A stretch of 62,744 nucleotides of DNA, the filler included, from Rhabdomonas costata (Eukaryota): assembly GCA_019059605.1 (NCBI GenBank). It is 34 parts of 34 records of this genome, joined end to end, with 100 filler letters (N's around TTAATTAATTAA, not from the genome) between each part and the next. Parts side by side here need not be neighbours in the genome. Positions count along the whole stretch, not along the records: positions 38,823 to 40,569 come from JAHMHO010009643.1; positions 40,670 to 42,417 come from JAHMHO010009644.1; positions 42,518 to 44,265 come from JAHMHO010009645.1; positions 44,366 to 46,112 come from JAHMHO010009646.1; positions 46,213 to 47,960 come from JAHMHO010009647.1; positions 48,061 to 49,808 come from JAHMHO010009648.1; positions 49,909 to 51,656 come from JAHMHO010009649.1; 27 more parts are not named here. One strand, 5' to 3'. Positions 39,147 through 51,338 of the stretch are shown piece by piece; position 1 is the first letter of the stretch, and each line of letters starts with the position of its first letter. The notes under the pieces were generated by a model. It was not told the origin of the DNA. It worked only from the letters and a program-made list of their open reading frames with translations, and did no database searches. A program made the translations under genes and the position numbers.

Positions 39147-39887
39147 CTACCCGAGACTCTTCTCCATCTCTCTCGCACCCTTTTTCAAAACTGCCCAGAA
39201 ACCTTCAGCGGCATTCGTGCAAACACCACTGCGCGAAAGAAAACCTGTCTTGTGTTTCACCGTGCCGTGCCTGTACTTTCGTCGAAGACAACGATAAACA
39301 GCCAGTTCGTCTGTCCAAACTCTGCAACCTTCGCAACAAAGACGTGTAAGATGAGGAACAATGTGGCACGACTTTCTTCCTTCACCAGGTGGGATGTGAA
39401 AAATAGCTGCTCGACAAACCACGAACTTTCTCCGATCTGAGAGCCACAACATTTCAACTGCTCCCCCTATCCAACTCTTCTTCCGCTTAATTTCTTTTCC
39501 TCGCTGATATTTCCGGTTGCATCCGTCCAGAGTTTCATTCCACACAATAACCGAGTCGAGATGCGCACCCAATTCCCTCTTCCCGCTGAAAACGCTCTTC
39601 CAACAGTAAACGAGCAGTAAACGAGCTCTTGCACACCTCGGCACTCAATTTCACCGCAGGCGCCTTTCCTCAAGCCACGCTCCAATTCTACTCACAACTA
39701 GCCTTTCCTCAAGCCACGCTCGAATTCTACTCACAACCACCCCCCTCAAAAGAAGACATCCAAACAAAAATGTCTTTCGAAGGCTAACTTTGCATTCCCT
39801 TGTTCCTCGCAACGAAAACCGTTTCCAACAATTCGTGCATCTGAAACACCTATATCCGCGGTGTCTGGAAACACATGCTTTGCCCAC
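39147..39887 (-). mobile_element. Merlin (IS1595/ISXO2-like) DDE transposase, disrupted
   Basis: CxxCxKRFSLR zinc ribbon, NET...RKYQRG, WIGGAVE, VWTDELAVY, HGTVKH..GF and TNAAEGFW. Frameshifted, with a 39-bp internal duplication at 39662-39737. Confidence 0.9.
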
Positions 39888-41148
39888 AACAACTCAACAG
39901 CAGCATCTCTTCCTCTTGCGGCTTGAACAGGTCAGGCTCTGACACACAGGCGAAGTCGACACAACGAGCACAAGCGAACAATTGCAGAAAACATCTCTGA
40001 ACAATCACAGGGGCATTCCCCCATTTCTGCTCGTCCCACTTCCCCGTGATTTCTCGAATCGCACAAACTCAAGCACCTTCACAAGCGGTTGCTGGTTGAG
40101 CTGCGAATAACTCATCTTCAGATCACAAAATCGAGGCGGGCACCTTTCAACCGAGCAAGCAGAACGTCCTTCCTCTCACTGTGGCGTCAGCAACACTGGG
40201 CGTGGTGGAGCACTTAAGCAAGTATTGCCGAAAACTCGGACCCCCCTCCTCTGCCTCCGATTCCTCCCTTTCCCCCACTGCTTCAACTCCCGCTCCTCGT
40301 CTCTCTTCTTCTTCTTTTTGCCAGATGACAAAGGAATGAATGAACATACTGTCCAAGCTTGATGTGATGATGAAGAATGCGCCGTTCCCGAGAAACACAC
40401 TCTTTCCTCTTGGGGCACAGTTTCATTTGCTGCTCAACCGCCTCTGCGAGGCTTTTCACTTCTTTCTGATGAATCCTTCAGAAAGATCATTTTGGCCCAA
40501 CACTTCCTTCGCTCTCACTCTCTCCTTCATTTTCGTTAACTTCCCACACACCCCAAACACACCCACCACNNNNNNNNNNNNNNNNNNNNNNNNNNNNNNN
40601 NNNNNNNNNNNNNTTAATTAATTAANNNNNNNNNNNNNNNNNNNNNNNNNNNNNNNNNNNNNNNNNNNNTGTTTGTTTTTTCCTATGCTGCTACTATACC
40701 TTTGCGCTTTTGGTTAGGGGTATGAACGTGAGCATTGCGAAAATGCACCTTGTCTCTGGTGCTGATGTGCGCAGTTTCTTTTTTAGGCTTTTGGGCTTGT
40801 TCCCACAAGCAGAGCTCCGCCAAGGCACCTGATTCCTATGGTTTGGGCTGAGCATCGGTTGGACATCGAACATATTGGGCCCTTGCCGCATGTGCATCGG
40901 CTGGATTCGCTGGAAAAATGCTCGCCAACATTTCCACGGTATCTTTCTATTAACTTCCTGATGATGGTTGTATGGGGGGAGGTTCAAACCCGTCCGACTC
41001 AACGACCGTTCCTCTTCACTGATGACACAGCTCTAAGTTATGGGTGGTCACCGGTTGCGCACATTACGGATTTCTGAACCGGTCAAACACCCTTTCCCCG
41101 ATAGCAGGCTGAACTACTCTCGTCCAACCGCCCGACCGCCCCAAAAAC

Positions 41149-41949
41149 GTGCTCCCCGGGGAGGACGCTGTGCAGGCCACTATCGACGGTCTCTTGCAGG
41201 AGCGCGAGCGCCGAGTGGAGGCGATACGCAAGGAAGTGACCTTCCTCAATCAGGTGGGTGTCTCGCTTGATCTTCTCTTTGCTGACGCCCTTCTGCTCTT
41301 TCACGCTGTTCTCGGGGTTCTCCTTGCCAAGAAGAAGATGACCTGAGGATCCCAGGCAGACAAAGAGTCGAGAGAGGCCAGCGAGTGTTAAGCAGAGTGG
41401 GCGAGCGCAGGGGGTTGGAGCTGCTTTGAACCGCGTTGTAATGCCCCAGTGAGGTTTCCCAAGAACCTCCGCCCAGCAGCAGAGGGGTGATCCGTACCCC
41501 GAGAAGCGGCCAGGCAGCGGGAGAGCATTTGAAATCCCGCTGGAGGCAGAAAGACCTCCACCGAAACAATACCTTGTACGCGCGCGCGCGTTTACGCCGC
41601 GTGTGTCGGGAGCCAAATGCCGTGAGAATTGTAAGAGCTTTCCTCTGCACCAGGCGCCCTAAATGGGGTGTCGCACTCGATGCATTGTGTCTGTGTGAAC
41701 TGTAGCATAGTGGGGAGGGGGTGCCGTCGTGCGGTGCCAGGGGTTTGTTTATACGGGAGGAGGGTGAGGGACGGGCCAGTTATTCTCATTTCCAATTTTT
41801 CTCACCAGACCGTGAAAAAAATTGAGGAGATCGAGGCGGCAGCCAGGCTCCAGCACGAAGGGGGGCACACCCAGATCGTGACCTTCATTGAAGAGCTGCA
41901 GCCCAGGATTGCTGGCCTCCGCGAGGAACTGCGGCGATGCAGGCAGCAG
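41149..41949 (+). CDS. Coiled-coil hypothetical protein (exons about 41149-41253 and 41809 to about 41949)
   Basis: ...KEVTFLNQ|TVKKIEEIE... joins in frame across the GT-AG intron 41254-41808. Outer boundaries are uncertain. Confidence 0.65.
41278..41580 (+). repeat. Intronic structured repeat, copy B (most complete)
   Basis: Stems TGGGCG/CGCCCA, GAGGTT/AACCTC, GGGGT/ACCCC, CAGCGGGA/TCCCGCTG and TGGAGG/CCTCCA. Homologous to copies A and C. Confidence 0.9.
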
Positions 41950-42963
41950 GCTGGCATCCCTTGCCCCACCCCCCTACCAAAAACAAGGGAATGCATTCTG
42001 GTTCTGCATGGCCCTCTTGCACCGTGCGATGGTTGTGGGGCTGCGACGAGGTCCCTTTTGAGAATTCATGAGAATATTTGAATATTGATTAAGCATACAC
42101 TTGCCGTCGCTATCCGCCCCGATCACAGTCGGTGGGTTCGCCCGCTCTTAGATTGCTGGACACAGTGAACCTTGTTTGGAATCTTGATCCTGCAAACCTC
42201 TAGCATTCCAGTGAGTAAGCCCACACTCGATGTTGCAACAGTGACTGCTTTGACCAAGACCGCGTTTCTACCAAGCTTGATCCAGTGCTCAAGACTACTC
42301 CGCTGTTGCTGTGTTTTCTTTGCATGGCGGAGCCACTCAATTTTGGATTTGCACCCCTTACCCGCACCTCTCTTCTCCACAGTGGTATATGGCCAAGCTC
42401 CATGGGCTGAACCACAGNNNNNNNNNNNNNNNNNNNNNNNNNNNNNNNNNNNNNNNNNNNNTTAATTAATTAANNNNNNNNNNNNNNNNNNNNNNNNNNN
42501 NNNNNNNNNNNNNNNNNGGTGGGTGTGGAGAGGAGGTGTGCTGTTGGATGTGTGATAGTGTGTTTTCCCTGTGACACTGTTTGCTTTCTCATGCATTTGT
42601 CAGTGAAGCAAGTGTGTGAGAAAGTTAGTCGGAAAAAAGAGAAAGAGAAAGAAATGCCCACAGGAGGAATTCCTTTCCAGCCTCGCAAACAGCCTCGTGG
42701 AGACAGATATGGACGGGACGGGATCGGGACGGAAACATACTGGGCTGGTGCTGACTGTGGTTCATATTGTATTGTGAGCCTTAATCCCTATCGGGAACTG
42801 CGCGGTGGATTAAACTTTTGCCATTCTCTTGGTGGCAACCAGCCAGTGCACAAGGGCGGCACTCTCCATCACCACTGCGGTATGGGTTGGGGTTACTTTA
42901 ACTCTTACTTCCAACTGGTCGTGCTTACCCTCGCTAGCTGGACCCCCCCTCTCCTAATTGCAG

Positions 42964-44243
42964 GAGTCCAGTCACAGTGACGGAGGAGAGGGCACCGCGG
43001 ACGAAGAAGAGGGGGGTAAGGTCTCCGCACCGGCCGTTCCTGGGCTGCTACCTACCTTCACCCTATACGGTCTGCACCCTCTGTCCCCGTACCTGGACCT
43101 GCGCGGAGTGAAGACCGGGTCTGCCCCACCCCGAGGCGGGGGAGCATCCTCGGCGCCCACCACCGTTGCAGAGATCCTCGCCAGCTGTACGGGAACTAGC
43201 GGTGGTGGTGGTGGGGGCAGTCGGAGCACGGGGCGACCGTGGATCCGGGAGTACGTACGCGGAGTGCTGACAGATGCCGCAGACAAGCTGGTGACGGAGC
43301 TCCTGGGAAACCTCCGGCGGGCTCAGGTCAAGCTGAAGGAGACCGAGCCCCTGAAGTTCAACGCCAGGAAGAGGTGCGCTGGAATTCTCTCCGTAGTCCA
43401 ATAGGATATCTTCCGGGTGCACACTGAAAATATGGTAGACGCGAAATCAGGAAGTGGCAAGTGTTTCCCCCCCCACACACACATGGAAAGGGGGTTTATG
43501 TGAGACGTATGAAAACACTTAGGAACTTAAAGAGATCCGGGAAAAATGCCCGTGGGCACTTGCCTACGAATAGCTGTTGCAGGGGGCACGTGCATCGCCA
43601 CCCAATCGTGTGCAAAAGTTTCTACCCATTCGAATACGCGCGGCATGTGCCCCAGCACGCTTGCATCGATCAGTATTACCCAAGTAGTATTTTCTGTGCG
43701 ACTTGAGGAAAGTGAGAAGCGAGCAAGAAAGGAAACGGGGAAGGGACGGCAGGGGAGGATGGGCTGAGAAGAGCCGTCAATGAGAGACAGACAGACAAAC
43801 AAACACATAAAGGGAAGCGGCATAAAGGCAAGGCGGGAGAGCACACCACTCGTAAGAGTGTGGAGCTATTCTAAGGACCGCTTCATTCTCAGGGTTTTCC
43901 CTGTTGAGAGTAGGGTGCCGTAGTTGTGGGGAGGGGAAGCCACGTGGGGCTTGTGTCCTGTGGAGCGCAGTCTCCTGTCCGCGGAAATCTCAACCGCACC
44001 ACTGGCGTCGGCCAGCCGTCGCCCTGAAAGTGCATCAGTGATGATGCTCTGTGCTCAAAGCAGCTCCTTTGGGACCTGGATCTGTCAAAGTTGCCTGAAA
44101 CTTGCGTGGGGAAAAGAGAAGAAAGAAACTGCTCTCTCGACAAAGGTACGTTGTGGGGTTGAGGCAATCCCTGAAGGGGCTGCTGGCGAAGCGGGCCAAG
44201 CTAGTGCTGATCGCCCCGAACATCGAGAAGGCCGAGAGCGCCG
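42964..44243 (+). CDS. SBP2: SECIS-binding protein 2, L7Ae RNA-binding region (exons 42964-43373, 44146-44243)
   Basis: IREYVRGVLT...ELLGNLRRAQVKLKETEPLKFNARKR|YVVGLRQSLKGL..KRAKLVLIAPNIE. This is the SBP2-specific segment followed by the L7Ae core. Confidence 0.85.
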
Positions 44244-45026
44244 GTGCGGCATCCCCCCCCCACAANNNNNNNNNNNNNNNNNNNNNNNNNNNNNNNNNNN
44301 NNNNNNNNNTTAATTAATTAANNNNNNNNNNNNNNNNNNNNNNNNNNNNNNNNNNNNNNNNNNNNCTTCAGGAAGCCCTTCAGCGGTCCCATGCAAACCT
44401 CAAAGTGAGAGCGGCTGAGAGTCGCCGTCTTCGTGGACGTGACCGCCAAAACATCCGCCACACACCTGAACCCCCCCGTGATCACCCTTCAGACATTTGC
44501 ACGAGTAACACAACCCACACCTCCTACTCCATGCTGGAAGAATCACTCTGTGGTGAGTCTGCATGCTCAAATAATGAGCTCAACTTCAGTTGACAGTCTC
44601 ACATGAAGGCTCGCATGGAATACCATCCCCTGGAGATGAGTTCTTCGAAAACCAACGTAACAGAAATAAGACTTGACAAGGAGACGTTCACGACCAGACC
44701 TAACCTGATGTCCTAGGAACACTGTATCCAAAAACAGAGTCACCTTGCCGCCGCTGCTGTATACCGAACCGACGGTACCCGATGCGTGTATGCGAGTAAG
44801 TGTGTGTCGAGCCGCGAATGTTCCAGTGTCTGATAAAGTGATCAGACGTATTCCTTCTAATGTCCTGGTCGCTGTCTTGTTTCACTCAAAGCGAAAACAG
44901 AGAAGCGAAAAACACTCGCTCGCTGAATGCTAGGGTGACCCCGAGCCCCATGCCAGGGAACTGGGAGTGTGAACTTCCCACCTCTGCGGTGGTGTGTGTG
45001 CGTGCGGGAGGGGCGGAGGGTGACAC

Positions 45027-46111
45027 TTGTGGTTGTTCAGGAACTCCAGCTCCCCCACGGAGTCCCCAAAGCTGAACTCGCACACGCGAAGGGGCTGGTC
45101 GCCGTCGTCACGCCCAACCACCTCCACGGTACCCTCGATGATGATGTGCATAACCTCCGGTCGCTCTCCAAACCGCAGTAGGTGGTCTCCAGGCTGAGAC
45201 CCCACCCCCCATCCTTCCGTGCGAACACAAGCCTATCACCCCAGGGTTTCATCAAAACCAGAGACCTTCACTGCCCTTCACTAATCCACGCATGGTGCAA
45301 CTAGTTATATGATGGAGGATAGTCTGCGAGTGGGGCGTTGAGAGTGCTGAGCAGCTAAACTGATCTCACGCACTATTGGAGAGACTTGGGAGTTGAGATG
45401 TGCGCACACATCCGAGTTGGGCCGCGAACGTCGCATAATTCGGGTAAGAGCATACTGTTCCATCCTTTGACGCCCGCGAGCGAGCAAGAGAGTGAGAGTG
45501 GAAGGCACATGGAGGGCGAGTCTCGGCGCTTCCAATCTTTGAAATTCTTGGAAGTAGTCGTTTTATTTCGAACCATTTGGCAGGACTTCATTTTATTTTC
45601 ACTTCATTCACTTCAAATTCTCAATTTTCGACTCGACCTGCAATACACCGAAATTGTCAAAAATGTCTTTCATTAAAGAGTAGAATGACTTTTCGAGGGT
45701 CAAAAACATGCCTGAATCGATTCAGGCAGGTGCTTTTTCTCGAGCAGGTGCTTTTTTTCAACAGAAAACAGAATATCACCCTTCCTTTGCAAAGGGGTGC
45801 GCACACCAACAACACCCCAATACCGGGAGAGGTGGAGTTTTCAAACAAAAAGTAAATTTCAGAACCAAAGCACCGCAAAATATACGACGGCACATTAACA
45901 GCATCGAGCATGGGGACATGGGGAAGGGTTGTGTGTGGGGACTTTGAAGAAAGCCGGCTGGAGGGCGTCCGCCAGGGTTAGGAGGTCGTAGTGCGAGAGG
46001 CCCTCCAGGAAGGGGACGCGCAGCAGCAGGTCCTCGTAGAGCCGCCGCTTCTGCGCCTGCAGCTTCTTCACAATGCGGCGGTAGGTCAGGCGGTCCAGCG
46101 CCCACCCCCGC
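45027..46111 (-). CDS. Tandem cyclic-nucleotide-binding domain protein (PKA-R/CARP1-like), exons 46111-45943 and 45193 to about 45027
   Basis: WALDRLTYRRIV...KRRLYE...VPFL...LADALQP, MHIIIEGTVEVVGR and GDSVGELEFLNNH motifs. Confidence 0.9.
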
Positions 46112-46212
46112 ANNNNNNNNNNNNNNNNNNNNNNNNNNNNNNNNNNNNNNNNNNNNTTAATTAATTAANNNNNNNNNNNNNNNNNNNNNNNNNNNNNNNN
46201 NNNNNNNNNNNN

Positions 46213-46956
46213 GTTGGTTTTTTAGGTTTTCGTTGAAAATGTACCCGAACATCTTTTGTACTGTCTCTGCAAATGGGAGCAGAGGGAGAGGAGAGGAGGG
46301 GATAACGGACGAATGACAACTGCCTCTGTAATTTATTGGCACATTTGATAACTGGAAGGGCTGTGATATTCCGCTTATGATTTGAGAAAGAAACGACCTC
46401 ATGCCGATTGCACGGCATATCAAGCAAAGCATGGAGGCGGTACCCTGGCGCGTGAAGAAGGCCAGGGCCTGGTCATTGTGGGTCTTAATCTCCTGCAGGA
46501 GGTTCTCACAGTCCAGCAGCTCCTGTCGGGCGACAGGGGTCAGCATGCGATGTCAGACGAAGGGAACGTAATCAGTAGCGGGTTCAGTTCGGTCGCCAAT
46601 CACATAATGCCACAATATCGCTACCTTCGCTGACTGCCTCGTTGAATCGGACCCTGTCTCGACGTAGCGCCCATATGCGATAACAAACGAAAGCACTTAG
46701 TCGATCGACATATGCTTCCTGATGTTTTTTGTGGGCTGAGCTTATGAACTTCGGAAACTGCATCCAGTCGCCCAAAAACGTGGAGCACAACGGGGGTAAG
46801 TATCTGTGTTGCAACCAAACCGACTTCTCCTCTGACTCGCACTCCACTTTTTAGCATGATTCAACGTGTGGCATATTGGCGATGACGACGGAGAAAGGAC
46901 GAGGGTCAATGGCGTTACGTCACCTCGAGGGTCAACTCTTCGCCCTTGTTCAGGAG
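46213..46956 (-). CDS. SAPS/PP6 regulatory subunit N-terminus (exons 46956-46924, 46522-46444, 46266 to contig start)
   Basis: LLNKGEELTLE|ELLDCENLLQEIKTHNDQALAFFTRQ|ETVQKMFGYI resembles the SAPS pattern TLEELLDE.D.LQE.K..N. Confidence 0.75.
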
Positions 46957-48434
46957 CTTTTGCACCGGGGTCTCCTCATAAAACTGATCAAAAAAGGCCA
47001 TCTGCTAGGGACGGCACTCACCCTAAACCCAAAAACGGAGTCTGCAAAAAGAAAGGAAAGGGGAGGGCCCCAGACGTCAGAGGAGCGACTGGGCCAAAGC
47101 AACGCGAGCCCGCCGGGCTCGAACAGAGGGCCACGCACCGAAAGATGGGCTGTGGGCGGGGGAGCGGACAGCAGCACAAGCTGTGGAAGAAAAACATGGT
47201 AAGGCAGGGGGACGCGCAAAAAGTCGACCATCCTCTCAGCGTTTACATCCCACTTCACCACGACGGTCAAATAGTGAAAAGCTCTCCGGTTGAGCAGGAA
47301 CGACGGCACACCTGAACGTTGGATTGTCACATTGAAACACAATAATTTGAGGGGAGTACTGAGCTCAAAGCATCCCGTGCCAGCTCCCCACGTGGAGTCC
47401 TGCAGCTTCCGGTGATCCAAAAGACAAGACCGCCTTTCACATATGCTCCAGCCCGACGCACCGTGTTACCCTGCCGCAGATTTATTGTACCCAATCTGAA
47501 CAGCTTGTGGGGCAGCATAGCCATTATAGTCAAGCAGGGGAACTGGGGCTGCAGCAGCGCCCCCCCCCCCAGCACTGCTTTTTCGACCCGACATACCGAG
47601 AACAGTTTGCAGGTTCCATTATATAATGGCAAGGAGTAGGTGATGATCCACCTTCCTATTGGATTCCCGGTGAGTCCCTTTTCAGGAGCCAAACCAGTGA
47701 ATGCTCCCCCTCCTCGGCAAGGGCATCTCCAGTTTAAGACACACGTACAGCCATCGCACCACAGGAGAGAAGGTCCACACACACAGTGCAGAGAGCGCTA
47801 TAGGCAAAGCAACGATATTCACAACACATCATGCAGAGAATGAAAACCAGAACGCATTCGGTCGCATAACTTCTTTCCCCCACGGGACACATTCAAACAT
47901 TCAGACAAGCATACCCAGAATATCCGGATATCCACAGAAACGCTCCCCATCCTTACCCCCNNNNNNNNNNNNNNNNNNNNNNNNNNNNNNNNNNNNNNNN
48001 NNNNTTAATTAATTAANNNNNNNNNNNNNNNNNNNNNNNNNNNNNNNNNNNNNNNNNNNNGTGGGGGGTGTCAGTGGCCGACCTTTTTTTTGGGGGGGGG
48101 GCATGACTCTGTGCTCATACATCCCTCCGCACGCCCGTCCTTTATCGCTGCTGGCCACGCGGGGCGATCCAACCTCTTTTCTCTGTTGCTCTTTTTTCTG
48201 TGTGCCACCGAGCCAAGGGATTCATCTTGCCGCTCCATTTTTGTGGAAGAACACAATCCCGAGGTTCTCGTGCATTTCACCGTTCTCCTCGAACGATTCG
48301 ATGTGTTTCTTCATTGTTAGGGGTTGCTGATGTTGTGATTAGGTGTGGTGATATGCTTGTAGACTCGTATCCTTCACTACCCCTTTATTTTGATAACTTC
48401 CTTCCCCCGAACCCCAATCTTGTACCACACGCAG

Positions 48435-49439
48435 CTGGCATGGAGCAGCACCCACACTGAGCTGGTATGCACCGGGGGTGTGGACACTACGGTGAAGCTC
48501 CTGAGCCTCAGGCACGCCAAGCAACCCGTGGTGGCCACGGCACGGGGCTCGCTGAGCTCTCACATTGTTGGTCTGTCACAGCGCCACAGAGAGAGGGAGA
48601 GAGGTGAGAGATGTTAAGAAAGGGATAGTTGGTGGCTAATGTGTTGTGGCGGGTGAATGGAGAGCTTGCATCATTCTTCGCAATTGCGTCCGATGCGGAA
48701 AAAGCAGACCGCTCGTTCGTATCTCTGAAAACGGGAGCCAGCACCAATATGCCCGGCACTCCGATAACCTCGTAGCTGGTGTTGGATGAGCTTCGTTCCA
48801 AGGTGGGATTTAATCTTTCCCTGAACCCCTGACGTTTCATCTTGGTTCGAGTCAAGTCCAGAAAGAATAATCGACACGCCGATGGATCTCTCTCTAGCTC
48901 TCTCCGCATAGACCCTTACCACTCAGATCTGCACTGTTTGATACTCGGAGCCGAAATTTGAAGCGGATTTTTGCGCCGGATTGTGCGTGCCTCACATGCC
49001 TCCCCTCGAACTACACGGTTCTCCTGCACTCCCCCGTAATACTCTCCAATCTGTATCGGTGCGTCTGTTGTGTGCGCCTTCCATACGCCAATGGATGCGA
49101 TTCTATCGTCTCCATCCACCACCTGCTGGGCAAGAAGTTCACAGTCGAGGGAGGGAGTCTCTCCTATGAAAAATGTGTAGATTCCTCCTGCAAATGGCAT
49201 GCGATTTAGAATATTCGAGTGCAAAACTGGAAGCACGGGTGCAATTGTGCGTTGATGTTGAATGTGTAGGGCTGGCAACCACCACTAATCGCGCGGAGGG
49301 TACCTTCGTCGCCCTCAGTAGCAGCGCTGAGCTGTTGGCACTGAACCTCTGCACAGAGTTCCTTCTTCCCCTGGCCCCACACCGTCCTTATTTGGAAGGC
49401 ATTGAACCCACAGCCGATGTCCCCGAAACCACTCCCAAG
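48435..49439 (+). CDS. WD40-repeat protein (exons 48435-48570, 49270-49439)
   Basis: LAWSSTHTELVCTGGVDTTVKL is a WD40 blade. The phase-1 splice is in frame. Confidence 0.75.
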
Positions 49440-50197
49440 GTCAGAGAAGCCTCTCACTCTTCTTTTCTTTTCTTTCTTTTCCTGCTCTCCTGGGCCACTG
49501 GATCGAGTTCCCAGGTAAGTCACCTGTGAATTACGGTGGATTTTTTATCCCTTGTTGCGCTTGTAAATTATCCTTTTCCTTTGCCTGTGTTTCAGAGGCA
49601 ATTTACCCGTCTCTGTGAACAGAAGATGTCGGTGCAACTTTTCTGGGGGGATAATGGGCAGTGGGCAATGGGCAATGGGCAATTGCAATTATTGTTGCCA
49701 GTGGAAAGCAAGGAGGATATAGGGGACATGAAATGGCTTGCATCGCCCTCTAACCTTCCCCTGCCACAAGCAAACGAAACCACAAAAACCAAACACACAC
49801 CCAAAACANNNNNNNNNNNNNNNNNNNNNNNNNNNNNNNNNNNNNNNNNNNNTTAATTAATTAANNNNNNNNNNNNNNNNNNNNNNNNNNNNNNNNNNNN
49901 NNNNNNNNGGTGTTGGGGAAGAAATTCAGGGGTTCGACTCCTACCCTTTCCCCCGATTCGGGCCGACGTACCCCTGAATTTCTTCCCCGGATATTATTGA
50001 TCGTCCCAAACGCCGCTGGGCATCGTGGGCGGTGAAGTGAAGGCGGGAATTCTGTGAGTGTACTTGGTCCGGCTAAATAATTGAGTTGACGCACAAATTG
50101 GGCTGCGGAAATTTTTCCTTTTCATGACTGGCAGGGCCTTGTACTTTGTCTTTCCCACTTCATTCCCCTTTCTTTGTTCTTCCCTTTGTGACAACAG

Positions 50198-51338
50198 AGG
50201 CTCTTCTCTGGGGATGCCGAAGTCGTCCCCTGTGCCTGTGCGCAGCTACTCCGAATCTTCAGTCACTTTGCTCACACGACGTCTCTCGGGATGCTCCACC
50301 ACCGCTCCCGCCCTCTCGGCCGCACTCTGGGCTGCTCTGGAGGGCTGCAAGCTCGGCTTCAACGGATCCACACCTAAACCCCTGCTGTCCCTTTCTCGGA
50401 CCGAAATGGAAGGTACGAACGTATGCGTGAATGATATATGGTCTCAGAGTGGCTGCGCAGCGTGTGGGTCGTCGAATGGGTCGTTTCGCCCTTCTTCACT
50501 GAATGCCCTGGTGTCTGTCCAGTCTCCGTCTCTCTACGTGCCCTTTCGAATGACCGCAGTAGCAGTGCATTCCGAAGCATCGGGAGACTGAATCTTGCGC
50601 GTTGGTTTTCTGGTGTCCTCTGGTGCAACTCCCGCTCCCTTCACCCTCTGTTAGCGGTTTGTTTTAATATTGTGTGCGTGTGTGTGAACCCGATCAGGTC
50701 TGTTCCATCCTACCCACGTGGACTCGGTGGTGTCAGAGATGTCCACCGGAGACCTGCTGTTGTTCTACGGAAAGGAGGACCTTCGCAGCCGAGTGATCCG
50801 GGGGTTCCAGGGCCACTCCTGGTTCAACCACTGTGTGCTTCTGGTCCGGGACCCCCCTCCGGAGGTCCTGGAGGCCTACGAAGTCCCCCCGAACCCAGAG
50901 AACGTGTATGTCTTCGAGGTCGGAATGAACGCAGGAGCCTCTCTTCGAGGGCTCCGGTGGTACCTCCGGCTGTACATCCAGCGCACCGCCCCCACAACGC
51001 TAGTGTTCTGGCGGAAGCTGGCGAGCTCCAGCCTTCCCCAAAGCGCACGGTCGTACCCTGGTCTGTGCGAGTTCCTAATTCAAGGCAAGAACATCCCTTA
51101 TGAGAAGAATTACCTGAAGTTTGTGGTAGCCCGGCTGCGCCTCAACCAGAAGGAGTTCAGGACCATGTTCTGCTCTTCCGCCGTGGTGCGGGCCCTGCAG
51201 GAGATGGGGGTGGTGCGGCCCGAGGTGGTGCCCTCGCACTTCTTCCCGAAGGACTTCTCCGCGATCCTGAGCCCCCGTAGGCTCCGCGAGGTGATGATGC
51301 ATGGGGAGTACACCGTGGAGAGACTGCTGCTGCTATAG
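50198..51338 (+). CDS. Permuted papain-like (NlpC/P60, YiiX/YaeF-type) enzyme (exons 50198-50412, 50698-51338)
   Basis: TGDLLLF...WFNHCVLLV (His) precedes MFCSSAVV (Cys) and FFPKDF. TAG stop at 51336-51338. Confidence 0.85.

Noticed and set aside
41108-41150. In-frame TGA just after a possible acceptor, suggesting selenocysteine or recoding
   Set aside because: The exon start is uncertain. A downstream AG or a homopolymer error explains it, and the context is coiled coil with no SECIS evidence.
41343-41567. CTGAGGA ... CGAAAC as a hammerhead core within the intronic repeat
   Set aside because: No stem II closes between the motifs, and copy C conserves neither.
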